A DNA stretch of 43,548 bases, from positions 1 to 43,548 of IMG/VR virus record IMGVR_UViG_3300026187_000029; one strand, 5' to 3'. The DNA is from a virus (Duplodnaviria > Caudoviricetes). The notes below the pieces were generated by a model. The model was not told the DNA's origin, searched no databases, and saw only the letters and a list, made by a program, of their open reading frames with translations. Shown in pieces: positions 17,202-28,500 of this stretch; positions within the stretch are counted from its first letter, which is position 1; each line of letters starts with the position of its first letter. The position numbers and the translations under genes were made by a program.

Positions 17202-19525
17202 TGAATCAATATCCAGCAAAACCGTTAATGGATCAGATGGCGCAGTATGGTCGCTATGGCGACACCATGCTGGTTCACATGAACCCTGCCGAGGTTGCGG
17301 GGATAGCCTCCTTGGTTCCGGGCGGCTTGACCACCAACCCCGTGACCGGACAGCCGGAAGCCTTCGCATTCCTTATCCCAATGCTGGCTAGCGCCGCGGG
17401 CATATCCATGTCGCCTCTGGTTGCTGGCGCTGTGACGGGTGCGGTCACCGCTATAGCAGAGAAAGACATAGGAAAGGGTCTTCTAGCTGGCATTGGCGGC
17501 ATGGCAAGCGGTGCTCTTGGAGAGGGCTTAGGCGAATTGCTTGGTACGGGCGCCGATGCGGCGACACAGACGGCGTTGCAAACCGGAACGGAAGGTGCGG
17601 CAGAGCTTGGTCAGGCGCTTGCTGGAACAACCGAGGCGGCGGCAAGTGCGGCTCAGGGGGTGCCAACAGAGATACTGGGGGCGGAGCTTGCGTCCAACGC
17701 TAACACAGCCGCTACAGCGGCTCAGATGGCTCAGGCGCAACAGCTTGCCACCCCCACGGCAGATATGCTTGCGAAGTTGCCATCACCAAATGACGCTGTT
17801 CAAGGCTCTATGTTCAACAGGGTAGACGCAGGCATAAGAAGCCTCGGAACAATGGGCCAGCTTGGGATTCTTGGCGCCTCTCAAGGTGCAATAGGTGACA
17901 TGGAGATGCGTGAGGCCCAGAGAAGACAGGCAAGCGCGCTGAGAAAAGAAGGCGAAGCATCCAGACAGGAAAGTTACGACGACCTTCAGATGGCTTATGG
18001 CGTGGGCCAGCCCGGGGTTGCGTCTGGAATATCCCCGTACAGGTCAGAGATGAGCAAGCGAACACTCCCGCCCATGTACGCGGCCCAAGGCGGACAAGTA
18101 AGACGCATGGCGGAGGGCGGCAAGGCAGAAGACAGCAAAAGCACCGCCACGACCAGCTACAACGTCAACTACACAGATCCGTATGCAACTGCGCTTGGAG
18201 CGGCCAGATTCTTCGGTGTAGGGGGTCGAGGGTATGGCGGCATAGACCCAGTCGCAGTTCAAGCAAACCTGCGCCCTAGGGATGTTGTTGCTCCCCCTAA
18301 AGACTACATGGCAGGGTTTGAACCTGAGTTTAGTTATTTCCAAGACACGTCGGAGGGGATCATGGTGCCGGACAGGTCGTACAGACCTCTTCGGCAAGGC
18401 GTGATCAATCAGGGTAGCTATTTTGACCCGATCCTTCAGGCGCCTCAGTCCAACGCTCAGATGCAGGAGTATTATCGCACTTTGTCCAAGCTGGACCCCG
18501 GCCCGACAGATCCAGAGTCGGTAATGGGATTGGCGTCTAGGCGCTCGGTCTTGTCTCCAGTGCAACAGAGCATGCTTGAGTCGTATTACTCACAGCCACC
18601 TGAGGAGCCGGAAACCACCACCACAACGGGGACTGAAACACCATCAACTGACCTCGGCGAGTTTGAGCTAACCGACACGGTTAGAGGCTATTTCCCCGGC
18701 AAGACAGACCAAGAAATACGAGATCTTCTTGCGTCATACCAAAGCGGCAATATTTTCAATTTCGCCGCCAACATAGCAGACCCAACTGCAATTAATGCAA
18801 TTGCTCTTTCAATGCAGGCGGGTTTGGGCCCAAATGATGTTAGCCCTTTGAGTAGCCCAGAGGCGCTCATGGCGCTCTACCCAAGCCTTACCGAGGCTCA
18901 GGCTAGGTCGCTTGCCTCTTTAAGCATCAACCCGATTCCTTTTAGTGCGGGCGGGGATGTGCCGGAGGTGACTTTAAAAACGTCTCTTGGCGAAACATCT
19001 GTGCCAAGCGGCGGTATCGCTCAGGTTCCCACGGAGTTCACGGGAGCGTCAGAGCAACAGAAAAGACTCAACAAGATGACCGGACTGCCTTTCGACGAGG
19101 AAGGTGAAGACGTGAAGAGAGACGTTCAAGCTCTTGAGTCTGCTGTTTTGGGCGAAATTGAAGAGGGTCTGGCAAATGAGATCATCGAGATGTTCGTGCA
19201 GAAGTACGGCCCAGACATATACAGGGTGGCTAGGGAGTCAATACTAAGGCGAGCAGTTCCAAATGCCCAGACAGAAGGCATGATTTCTGGCCCCGGAGGG
19301 GGCATGGATGACATGGTTCAGGGTATGATAGGCAACGAACAGCCTGTCGCGGTGTCGCCCGGAGAGTTCATTGTTCCGGCTGATGTAGTGTCTGGTCTTG
19401 GAGACGGTAGCTCTGATGCTGGCGCAGAAAAGCTAGACATGATGATGGAAAGGGTGCGGATGGAACGCAACGGAACAACAAAGCAGGCTCCTCAAGTAAA
19501 TGAAAGGAGAGTGATGCCTGCATGA
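17201..19525 (+). CDS. internal virion / DNA ejection protein
   Basis: 774 aa, GRYGDTMLVH...TNP.TG.PE N-terminus, A/G-rich, GPG.GM.D...GEFIVPADVVS C-terminus. Confidence 0.65.
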   Translation: MNQYPAKPLMDQMAQYGRYGDTMLVHMNPAEVAGIASLVPGGLTTNPVTGQPEAFAFLIPMLASAAGISMSPLVAGAVTGAVTAIAEKDIGKGLLAGIGGMASGALGEGLGELLGTGADAATQTALQTGTEGAAELGQALAGTTEAAASAAQGVPTEILGAELASNANTAATAAQMAQAQQLATPTADMLAKLPSPNDAVQGSMFNRVDAGIRSLGTMGQLGILGASQGAIGDMEMREAQRRQASALRKEGEASRQESYDDLQMAYGVGQPGVASGISPYRSEMSKRTLPPMYAAQGGQVRRMAEGGKAEDSKSTATTSYNVNYTDPYATALGAARFFGVGGRGYGGIDPVAVQANLRPRDVVAPPKDYMAGFEPEFSYFQDTSEGIMVPDRSYRPLRQGVINQGSYFDPILQAPQSNAQMQEYYRTLSKLDPGPTDPESVMGLASRRSVLSPVQQSMLESYYSQPPEEPETTTTTGTETPSTDLGEFELTDTVRGYFPGKTDQEIRDLLASYQSGNIFNFAANIADPTAINAIALSMQAGLGPNDVSPLSSPEALMALYPSLTEAQARSLASLSINPIPFSAGGDVPEVTLKTSLGETSVPSGGIAQVPTEFTGASEQQKRLNKMTGLPFDEEGEDVKRDVQALESAVLGEIEEGLANEIIEMFVQKYGPDIYRVARESILRRAVPNAQTEGMISGPGGGMDDMVQGMIGNEQPVAVSPGEFIVPADVVSGLGDGSSDAGAEKLDMMMERVRMERNGTTKQAPQVNERRVMPA

Positions 19526-19941
19526 ACATAAGTCTAGTCCCGTTAGAACACGCCCACTCGGCATGGAACGATGTCCGAGCTTATTTGGAACCAGCGGTGG
19601 AGCGATGCAACGGGCGCTGGACGATGGAGCATCTATGCGCCGCAGTGGCGATGGGCAGTACCCAGCTATGGGTCGCCTTTGATGATGAAAAGGTTTGGGG
19701 TGCCTTAACCACGGAAGTCACCTACTACCCCGGCAAGCGAATACTCTCCATGCACTTTCTAGGCGGGGAAGACTTCGACAAGTGGTATCACCTTCTTTTG
19801 GAGCAAATCAGCCGTTACGCCCGAGACATGGGCTGTCAGAGCATTGAAGGCGTGGCTAGGTTTGGGTTTTGGAAATTTTTAGAGGCTGACGGCTTCGAGA
19901 AGTCGGCGGCGTTTTATGAAAAGGAACTAGGCGATGAGTAA
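19522..19941 (+). CDS. GNAT-fold-like protein among the ejection genes
   Basis: 139 aa, F.GG...W...GC..IE...R.G.W..L...GF. Confidence 0.55.
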   Translation: MNISLVPLEHAHSAWNDVRAYLEPAVERCNGRWTMEHLCAAVAMGSTQLWVAFDDEKVWGALTTEVTYYPGKRILSMHFLGGEDFDKWYHLLLEQISRYARDMGCQSIEGVARFGFWKFLEADGFEKSAAFYEKELGDE

Positions 19942-20929
19942 GGGCGGCGGCAGTAGCGGACCTACTGAGTCCAAGGTAGTCCAGTCAAACCTACCGGAAT
20001 ACGCAGAACCATATTACAGAGACCTTCTTGCCCGTACAGGGTATGAAAGCTCGGTTCCGTACACTCCGTACCCCGGACAGCGCCTTGAGTACTTCACTCC
20101 TTCGGAGCAGGAGGCAATGTCTCGGTTCACTCAGATGGGTGTTTCTGGAACCTCACCTGAGCTAGATGTGGCGGGCAACATCGCTGGCACCATTGGGATG
20201 GGCAGTCCTTATGCGGGCACCATGCTTGAGACAACCCGCCGAGCGCAAGAAATGCCGTCAATGGCAGACCCATACGCAATGTCTTCGTACATGAACCCTT
20301 ATCAGCAACTTGTTCTGGATAACCAGATGCGGGAAGCTCGGAGACAGTCCGACATCATGGGTCAGCAGATGGGTCTTCAGGCGGCTGGTCAGGGGAGCCT
20401 CGGAGGATATCGAGAAGGCATCATGCAGGCAGAGCGCCAGCGCAACCTAGAGCGTCAGCTTGGTGACATCTATGGCGCCGGAATGCAACAGGCATTTGGT
20501 CAGGCACAGCAAGGTCTTGAGCTTGACAGGGCATATGCCCAGCAGGCGGCGCAACTCGGCCAAGGTGCGTTTGGTCAGCTAATGGGAGCAGATGCACAGC
20601 GTCTTGCGGCGGCTGGCATGCTTGGTGATTATGCCTCTCAACGACAGAGGATGGAGATCGAGAGACTCCGCAACATGCAAGCGGCAGGCGAGGCAGAGAG
20701 AAGACTGCTCCAGTCTAGCTTGGATATCGGATATCAGGACTTTCTCCGTCAGCGGGCGTTCCCGCAGGAACAGCTTGGCTACTACAGCCAGATGTTGCAG
20801 GGGACACCCATATCTCCGGGGCAGACGGCCACTTCATTCGGAATGGAGCCGTCTACCATGCAACAGTTGCTGGGCACCGGCATCGCCGCGGCTGGCCTGT
20901 ATAACGCATTTGGAGGGGGCCGAGGATGA
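19934..20929 (+). CDS. DNA transfer/ejection protein
   Basis: 331 aa, MSKGGG, LPEYA.PY, YMNPY, Q/A/G-rich helical sequence, hydrophobic C-terminus. Confidence 0.7.
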   Translation: MSKGGGSSGPTESKVVQSNLPEYAEPYYRDLLARTGYESSVPYTPYPGQRLEYFTPSEQEAMSRFTQMGVSGTSPELDVAGNIAGTIGMGSPYAGTMLETTRRAQEMPSMADPYAMSSYMNPYQQLVLDNQMREARRQSDIMGQQMGLQAAGQGSLGGYREGIMQAERQRNLERQLGDIYGAGMQQAFGQAQQGLELDRAYAQQAAQLGQGAFGQLMGADAQRLAAAGMLGDYASQRQRMEIERLRNMQAAGEAERRLLQSSLDIGYQDFLRQRAFPQEQLGYYSQMLQGTPISPGQTATSFGMEPSTMQQLLGTGIAAAGLYNAFGGGRG

Positions 20930-22557
20930 TGATGAACCTTCTTGAGATCGAAGATGCCGTAAAGGGCATGTCCGATCAGCAGTTGTTGCAGGAGGCCATG
21001 AGCCCAAGCGGCAACATTCCTCAGTTCCTGATCGTCTCCGAGAAGCAGAACAGAGACAAGGTGCGGAAAGAGTATGCCCAGAACAAGCCGCAGGAGGGCA
21101 CTGTCGCTCAGCGCATCATGGCGGGAGACTCTGGAATCATGGGGGCTATGCCACAACAGATGGCGATGGCTCCGCAAATGCCGCAGAGAATGCCTCAGAT
21201 GCCTCCCCCTCAGATGCCTCCGCAGGGCATACAGCAGGCTATGCCACCACAGAGAATGGCAGGCGGCGGGATTGTGCGGATGGCTAATGGCGGGTTTCTT
21301 GACGAGATTGTTGTAAAGGCGCCAAATCTAAGCGACCAAAAGCTAGAAGAGCTAATCATAGATGGGGTTCCAACTGTCGACCTGATACAGATGGGGTTCA
21401 CTACCGATGATATTTCCCGTGTTGGTTCTGCGATAGATCCAAGGGCGATCAGGGAAGGGAAAAAAATACTGAGTGCGGCCCCAGACGCAATATACAACAC
21501 CCTCACATTCGACCCAGATCGCGCTCAATCTATTGTAGAAAGGGGCCGAGGGGCGCAAGAGCAGGCAGTGCAAAGCGCCCAGCAGTCATTCTTGGGAAGG
21601 ACCGACATGCCCCGAGCAGAAGACCCAGCTAGGCCATTTCGCACCAGCCTCCAACTGCCTTTTGATCTCTCTTTGCAGGGCACAAAGTTTGAGCCAATCG
21701 CTGACCTTATTGGCTCAGGCATAACGAGCGTTGGTAACGCATACGACAGATTTATGGATCGGTCAGATAGCGTGGCAGAAAGAGCGGAAGATAAGCCCGC
21801 AGTTTTACCCGGAGGTATTGCTGACACCAAGCAAGGCAGTGGGAGTGTTCCCGCGGAAAAACTAGGCTTACTGCAAATTGACCCCAGCACGAATAAGCTC
21901 GCAGGGAACGAGGTTCTCGTTCCTAATGATGAAAGCGGCGCAGATAAAGCTATTGATGAAAAGGGCGGCTACGACGCCGCACGGGTTGATTATGGCGATG
22001 CAACTCTGCCATTTCTGCCCTCAACCGGATCTGGCGCTGACTTAGCCGCGTCAAATCTTGAGAGCCTGATGAGCATCATAGAGGAGCGGTCAGCAAGGAA
22101 CAGTGCGACATCTAGGGGGCTGGCTCTCGCCAACATAGGCGCAGGCATGATCGAGGGCAAGACGGGGCAGGGAATCAGAGACGCCGCCAAGGTTCTCTCA
22201 GAGGACGCCAAGGCTCAGGGACAAGCCCAAATGGAAATGGCTAAACTGAGGACCGCGGATGCCCGCGAAGGCCAGAAGCTGGCGTTAATGAAGCAAGACC
22301 TTGTTAACAAGTTAGGCATAACAGATAGGCAAAGCGCAATGGCGGCTTTGAAGAGCCTTGGCGATGACATAAGAATCCTCTCTGCCGACAGGGCGTACAT
22401 GATGACGCAGGAAGGAAAGGATGCGGTTGGCAGGCTGATTGAGCAACAAAAGCTACTTAGAGCTATGCTTGTTCCCGATGTGTTTCCAAAGATCGACCCT
22501 CAACAACAGGCGCCAACCACCAGTCCATCGGGTTTTAGCATTAACAGGCAGGCCTAA
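20926..22557 (+). CDS. internal virion / DNA ejection protein
   Basis: 543 aa, M/P/Q low-complexity linker, MAxGG motifs. Confidence 0.6.
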   Translation: MMMNLLEIEDAVKGMSDQQLLQEAMSPSGNIPQFLIVSEKQNRDKVRKEYAQNKPQEGTVAQRIMAGDSGIMGAMPQQMAMAPQMPQRMPQMPPPQMPPQGIQQAMPPQRMAGGGIVRMANGGFLDEIVVKAPNLSDQKLEELIIDGVPTVDLIQMGFTTDDISRVGSAIDPRAIREGKKILSAAPDAIYNTLTFDPDRAQSIVERGRGAQEQAVQSAQQSFLGRTDMPRAEDPARPFRTSLQLPFDLSLQGTKFEPIADLIGSGITSVGNAYDRFMDRSDSVAERAEDKPAVLPGGIADTKQGSGSVPAEKLGLLQIDPSTNKLAGNEVLVPNDESGADKAIDEKGGYDAARVDYGDATLPFLPSTGSGADLAASNLESLMSIIEERSARNSATSRGLALANIGAGMIEGKTGQGIRDAAKVLSEDAKAQGQAQMEMAKLRTADAREGQKLALMKQDLVNKLGITDRQSAMAALKSLGDDIRILSADRAYMMTQEGKDAVGRLIEQQKLLRAMLVPDVFPKIDPQQQAPTTSPSGFSINRQA

Positions 22558-22561
22558 TTAG

Positions 22562-25500
22562 ATGCCTACCACGATTGTCAACTCCCCAGACGGGAGGTTG
22601 ATTGATGTCAATCATCCTGATGGGGCAACTGACGAACAAATACTTTCGTATGCGGCACAGCAATATGCGCTAGACCCCTCTATAGCCTATGACGCTTCTG
22701 ATGCAGACGATGGCACCACGGCCCTCGGCGCATTAAGTGAGTTCGGCAAAAGGGCTCTGGGCGGTATCGGCACTGGTTCCGCACGGGTAGTGTCGGGTCT
22801 TGGACAGCTTCTCCCCGGTGTTGACGACCAGTCTATGATCGACATGGAGATGGGTGTTAGGCGGTCAATATCCGACACTCTCGACTACGACCCAGCCTAC
22901 GACGAAAACTACATAGCCCAGCTTGGAGAGGTTGCTGGGGAAATGGTGCCTCAGGTGGCGTCCTTCTTCCTTCGCGGCGGCATCCCTGCAAGAGCGGCCC
23001 AACTGGCGACAATGATTGGCCCAGCGGTTTCTGAGGGCGGCATGGATCGCGCCACAGAGGAGCAGGAGCGGGGCGAGGCACTCACCGATTACGAAAGACT
23101 GGCATCCAAGGGTGCTGATGTTGTTCTAGGCAGGCTTGAGCAGTTTGGTTTGCCCAGCAGGATACTGAAAGGACTGCCCAAGGGCTTTTTCCAGACCGCA
23201 GATGGCAACCCAATACTCCGCAGAATTGAGTCCATGGTTATGTCAGGCCTGTCTGAGGGCACTCAAGAAGCCGCGCAGGGCATACTCAGGGACATCACAA
23301 CCAAAGCCATTTATGACCCAGACAGGGCAATCGCTGATAGCGTAGTCGAAGACTTCCAGCTAGGCGGCGGCGCTGGTGCGTTGTTCGACTTTATAATTAG
23401 CTCTGTTACTGGGGGCAACAGGCGCACACCTAAAGTTGACGCTCCTGAAGAGATGCGTCCTCCCACTGACGAGGAGATAGAGGCAGAGCAACAGGCCAGA
23501 GCAAAGGAAGCCACCAAGGAAGACAGACGCCGAAAAGCAATGGACCGTGCGCTTGCCGCTCAAGCCCCCACCACCCCGCCCGACCCCAGAGACACTACAG
23601 GTATAGATCCAGAGTTATCAGTCGATGAGATAACCGCTCAGATTGTGGAGATTGCTGGCGCGTATCGCGGCAGGACAACCATCCCCACGGGCTCTCTTTT
23701 TGAGGTTCAAGAGCAGGAGGGCAAGTTCTACGTTACCCATGAGGGCGAGCAGTTTGGTCCGGCGATGCGCGACCCTATCAAGGCGCAGGAGGTCAAGGCC
23801 GCTCTCAGCGAGGTTAGCGACAATTTAAACGTCGAACGCACAATCGTAGAGTCAGGAATAGACTACACCCCTCAAGAATCCGCCAAGATTATGCGGTTTT
23901 ACCAGCAGATCAGGAACGCGGGCAGGCGATACACCCCAGAAGATCCGGCAGAGCCGACAATCCCCCGGCAACCAGAGCCTCCTGCTCGGATTAACTTGTT
24001 AGAGAATAGGATAAATACCGCCCTAAACCGGAAAGGTATTGACACCCCGATCAACTCAGCAGAAGGGGCGGCGGTAGTTCAGACCATCATTGGCCGTCCG
24101 GTGTCAGAATCTACTCCGCTAGCAGACCTTTCTGCTGTTGAGCAGGATTATGTCCTTCAGACTATAATCGAGGCTGACGCCCTTACCCCCCAAGCGAGAG
24201 CCACCACTGAAGCCAGAGAACAGGTTGACCCTGTGACTGGCCTTGTCGTTCCTAGTCAGCCTCGGGTGACAGGGCCGCGAGCCACCCTTTCCCTCCCCAA
24301 CTTTGCGGCTATCGCTAAACCTGTTGAGCCTACCGTCCCTTCAGAGCCGGTTGAAGCGGGAAAAGAAATCGTCCCGTTTGAGCCAGAACAAGAAACCCTG
24401 CAAGACAAAGCAATAGAAAGCACGATTGCAAGACAGTTGCAGGCGATCCTGAAGTCTGTTGGCCTTGCGGATGATTTTGTGGTCAAGACGGTAGATCAGG
24501 TTGGCAGGGCGAGAAGAGACTCCGCTGGCAACGTGTATATATCGCCCATCAAAAAGAAGTCTGGAGACCAAGAAAACTACGTCACATTTGGTAGTGCTCA
24601 GTTGGCGGCAAAAGTTATCCAGATATCGACGGACGGCATCAAGTATCGAGTTGACCAAGGCATGTCGTTTGAAGAGGCGACTGCCGCTGTAATGAACCAT
24701 GAAATACTGCACGCGCTACGCGGCATGGATTTGTTCACGGCTCAAGAATACAGCCTGCTTGAGAGACTTACGCGCCAATACAGCAAGCCGGGAACCGACA
24801 TGACCTATGGCCAGTGGGCGGTTAAAACATACCCAGAGTTGTCCGCTGTCGCTCAACAGGAAGAAGCGATTGCGGAGATGATCTCCGACTCCCTGACCAA
24901 CAACGTGTTGATAGACGGCAAGGCGCAGGCGCTGTCCGGCAAACCGGCAGGCATAATCAGGCGGATTGTGGATCTGTTTAAGCGTCTTGTTGGTTTTGCC
25001 CGGGACAATGACATCAACTCCTATCAGGAACTTGTTAACGCCATACAGACTGGGCAGGTTGGTGCGAGAGAGCGAGGTCAGGTACGCACCCTGATGAAGA
25101 CCGAAAAGGAGCGCGGCCAAGTTGAGGAGCGAAGCCTTACGACTGAGGATCTTCAGTTTAGAACAGGCACTCGCCCAACCAAAGAGCAACTCGATGCGGT
25201 TTACAACAACCTAGTTCAGCAGGTTAAACAGCAAGTTGGGGACGCCCCTGAAGTGGTTGCTGACTCTGAGCTTGAGGAGGTTATTGAAGCAAGGGGGCTG
25301 AAGTTCCCAAAGAAAGATCAAACCATACCCAGACTCGCCAGAGCAATAGAGCAGGGGTTTAATGTAGACACCGTTTATTATCACGGGACAAGTGTGCCCG
25401 ACATAAGGCGATTTGATGGCAGTGTGGGCATGGGTGTCGTGTCCGGTCACTTTACGACAAGGCCGCGTTTTGCTAATCAGTTTGCGCCAGCGATAACAAT

Positions 25501-28500
25501 ACCCGACCTAGGTCAGATTCCGACTGTGTATCCAGTGTTCCTGAGGTATGGGCGGGAAAACGAGCTTGGCGGCATCGCTGAAATAAGGTCTCTCATACAA
25601 GACGAAGATAATCCTGTCAGGTTTTCGTTGAGCAAGCCCTTGAGCCGTCAGCCAAGACTAAAGGCTGACTTAGAGGCATTTTTTGCCGCGGAGCTAGAAA
25701 AGGGCAGGCTTTATGGCCCCGACGAGACAAAGCTAAAGAGCTTTGAGCAACAGGACTTGGCGCGGTTTTATTACGAAGGGGTCAGACCTGTTGAGTCTGT
25801 CGCAGAGGACTTGGCAGAAGATTTTCACAACAATGCGGCGCAAGTCGCTTATGCGGAGATCACAGAAGGTCCATATGATGTAGATTTTGCTCAGCTTGAA
25901 GTTATCGCTCCCTATATGAAGGAGGCTGGGTTTAAGGGCTACTACGACATTGAAGAGGCGGGCAAATCATACAGCGGCATTGCCATGTTCAACAGCGAGG
26001 ACATCAAGGGCGTATTCGCTGATTTCGACCCCGAGTCCGTGCCAGAGGGCAGTCGCTACGAAGACGACATCATGTACAGCAGGTCTGCTGTTGACATGTT
26101 TGAAGAGAAAGCATTCGATCATATTGGCACATCAGGGCGAGAGACGCTGATTCCGGGGCGCATAAATCCGGCGCACAAAGCTAGGCATACCATAGTGGAC
26201 ATGCCGATTGATATGTTTTTGGGGCTGGCACAGGTCGGGCATCAAGACAGAAAGGAAAAGGGGGTTGAAGACCTTGTCAGGAGGGGCGTGAAATTTAGCG
26301 AATTGCCCCAGCTTCACACTAAGCCGGTTGACTCAGAGGATTATGGGCCGGTCCTGCTTGTTGGTGGTCATGAGGGAAGGCATCGAGCAAGGGCGCTCAA
26401 AGCCGCTGGCTACACAACAATGCCTGTCCGAATTTTCGACCAGACAATACGCTGGGGAGAGCAAGACAACCCCAAGAGCTTTGACTATCTGGATTACTGG
26501 CCTGAGATGGTGATCTCTGAGGCGGATATAAATAGGAAGACGGACCCATCTAAGGCTGGATACCAGCCTGTCGGCCTTTACACATACCCGATGTTCATTA
26601 ACAGAGACGGTACGGTCAACTTTGGCTCTCCAATCGACAGGCCGTCCGTTATTTTTGAGGTTGCGCCAGACCCAAGAAACGAAGAGCTATCAAATAGATG
26701 GAACAGTCTTAGTGATGATGCGCGTTTAGAGATATCTGAGCGAGTGGCGAGGCTGGTGGTGCCGTCTGCACTAGCGGAGGTGAGCGCAAGTGGGGAGATT
26801 GTCAGTCAGATAGGCAGTTATTACGACGACACAAACCCGTCGTTTGCCGTGCGCCTTACCAGTGGAGACCCAACGGATGCCGCGTCCGCCGTGGGCTTTA
26901 TCTTACAGCAAGAGTCCATGATGATCGTCTCGCCCCGTCCATACGAGGGCGCAGATAGCCAGTTTGATCCTCGTCTTGAGCAGGAAACTCGCTCAATCCC
27001 CGCTGTGTTTATCAGAATTGGCGACAAGCCTTTGGCTGAGGTGAATAAGATATACCAGAGGCTGAGAGCGGTTGAGGGAGTTCCTGAGTTTAGTGGCCAG
27101 ACCACCATCGACGGAACGATGATGATACTTTTGGGGGCGGATGCAGACGCTGATGCGGTGGTTGATGCGTTTGACAACGCTCTTGATGGCATATACCCTA
27201 TTGACTCAACTGTTGTATTTTCTTCATTTCCAGAGTCTAAGGACTACGACTATGAGACAAAAGTTCCTGACACCAGAATACGTCGAGAAACTGCTCGGGA
27301 ACGGCTTATTGATCTCCGCGCCGAGGCGCAAAACGAAGTCGCCAGAGCAATCGAAAGGCTCAAGGGAACCGCTCTTGACGCCAGAAGCGGTAGCGCAAAT
27401 TCGCCAGATTATGAACAAACAGTCAGGGGAGCAATAACCCCCGACGGCAGACTGGCATTAACGCACTTCGCCACAAAGCAACTAGACAGAACAGACCCCA
27501 CGCTTGCTGGCACTGGCGCAGACAGGGCCAAGAGAAACAGGCCCAGAATAGGGACGTGGTTTGGCGTAGTTGACGCCGAAGTCGACCCGTATATAAAAGA
27601 GCCAATGATCGGAAACGTCCCCAATGAATTTTTTGTGGACCCCGCCCAAATATACGTCATTGACGATGCAAGCAACCCCTCCGCTCCTTCTGATCCAGAG
27701 AAGGTCTGGACGACCCATCCAAACGGCGACCCTAATTATGAGGCAATCGGCGAAAAGGTAAGGGAGCTTGGGTTTAATGGATACCTAATCAACGCCCCAG
27801 CCCTTGGTAAAGTCGTGGTTATGCACGCACCTCTGAGCAAGGACGGCTCAGACGACATCATGGAAAGTCGCAGGTCTATCAGGCCAATAGATCAGGCCAA
27901 ACTAGACAAGGCTGTAGAGCAAAACGAAAAAGAAGCGCGTAATGCTGGGTTCAGCGTGCCTCTTTACAGCGTTAAGGCATCTCCAGAGGCTCAGTACATC
28001 GCAAGGAACCCAGAGGCCGCGGCTGAGCCAGAGGAAATCCTTGAGTCTCGGGCGCCAGAGTACAACACAAAGACAAAGTCTTTTATCAATCGGCTAATTG
28101 AAAGCACGCCGGAGCGTGCAGACCCCATGCGCCAGTATATGGACGTTACTGGGGATAACAGCACTATTGACTACAAGTTAACACAGGCAAAGCAGGCGCT
28201 TGTCAATCGCTATGCTCGACTAGAAAAGCTGAATCAGAGGTACTTCAAAGACTACCTAGCAGACAGTAGTTCTATCGCCGCAGTTCTTTTTGCCGACAGA
28301 TCCGCTGGCGTCACTGCTGAAGCAATCAAGAGTGGCGTTCCTCAGTACAGGAATGGACTGACCAAGGTTGTCGATTTTTCCTACAACGGAAAACAGTACC
28401 GGGGTCTTGTTGATATCATTAACCTGTTAAGAACAAAAAAATACGGCGACATCAGCGAGTTTGCTCAGGCCTACGCAATCGCCATGCGAGGCGAAAGGCT

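Noticed and set aside
21148-21258. MPQ/MPP low-complexity repeat
   Set aside because: Ordinary disordered linker in an ejection protein
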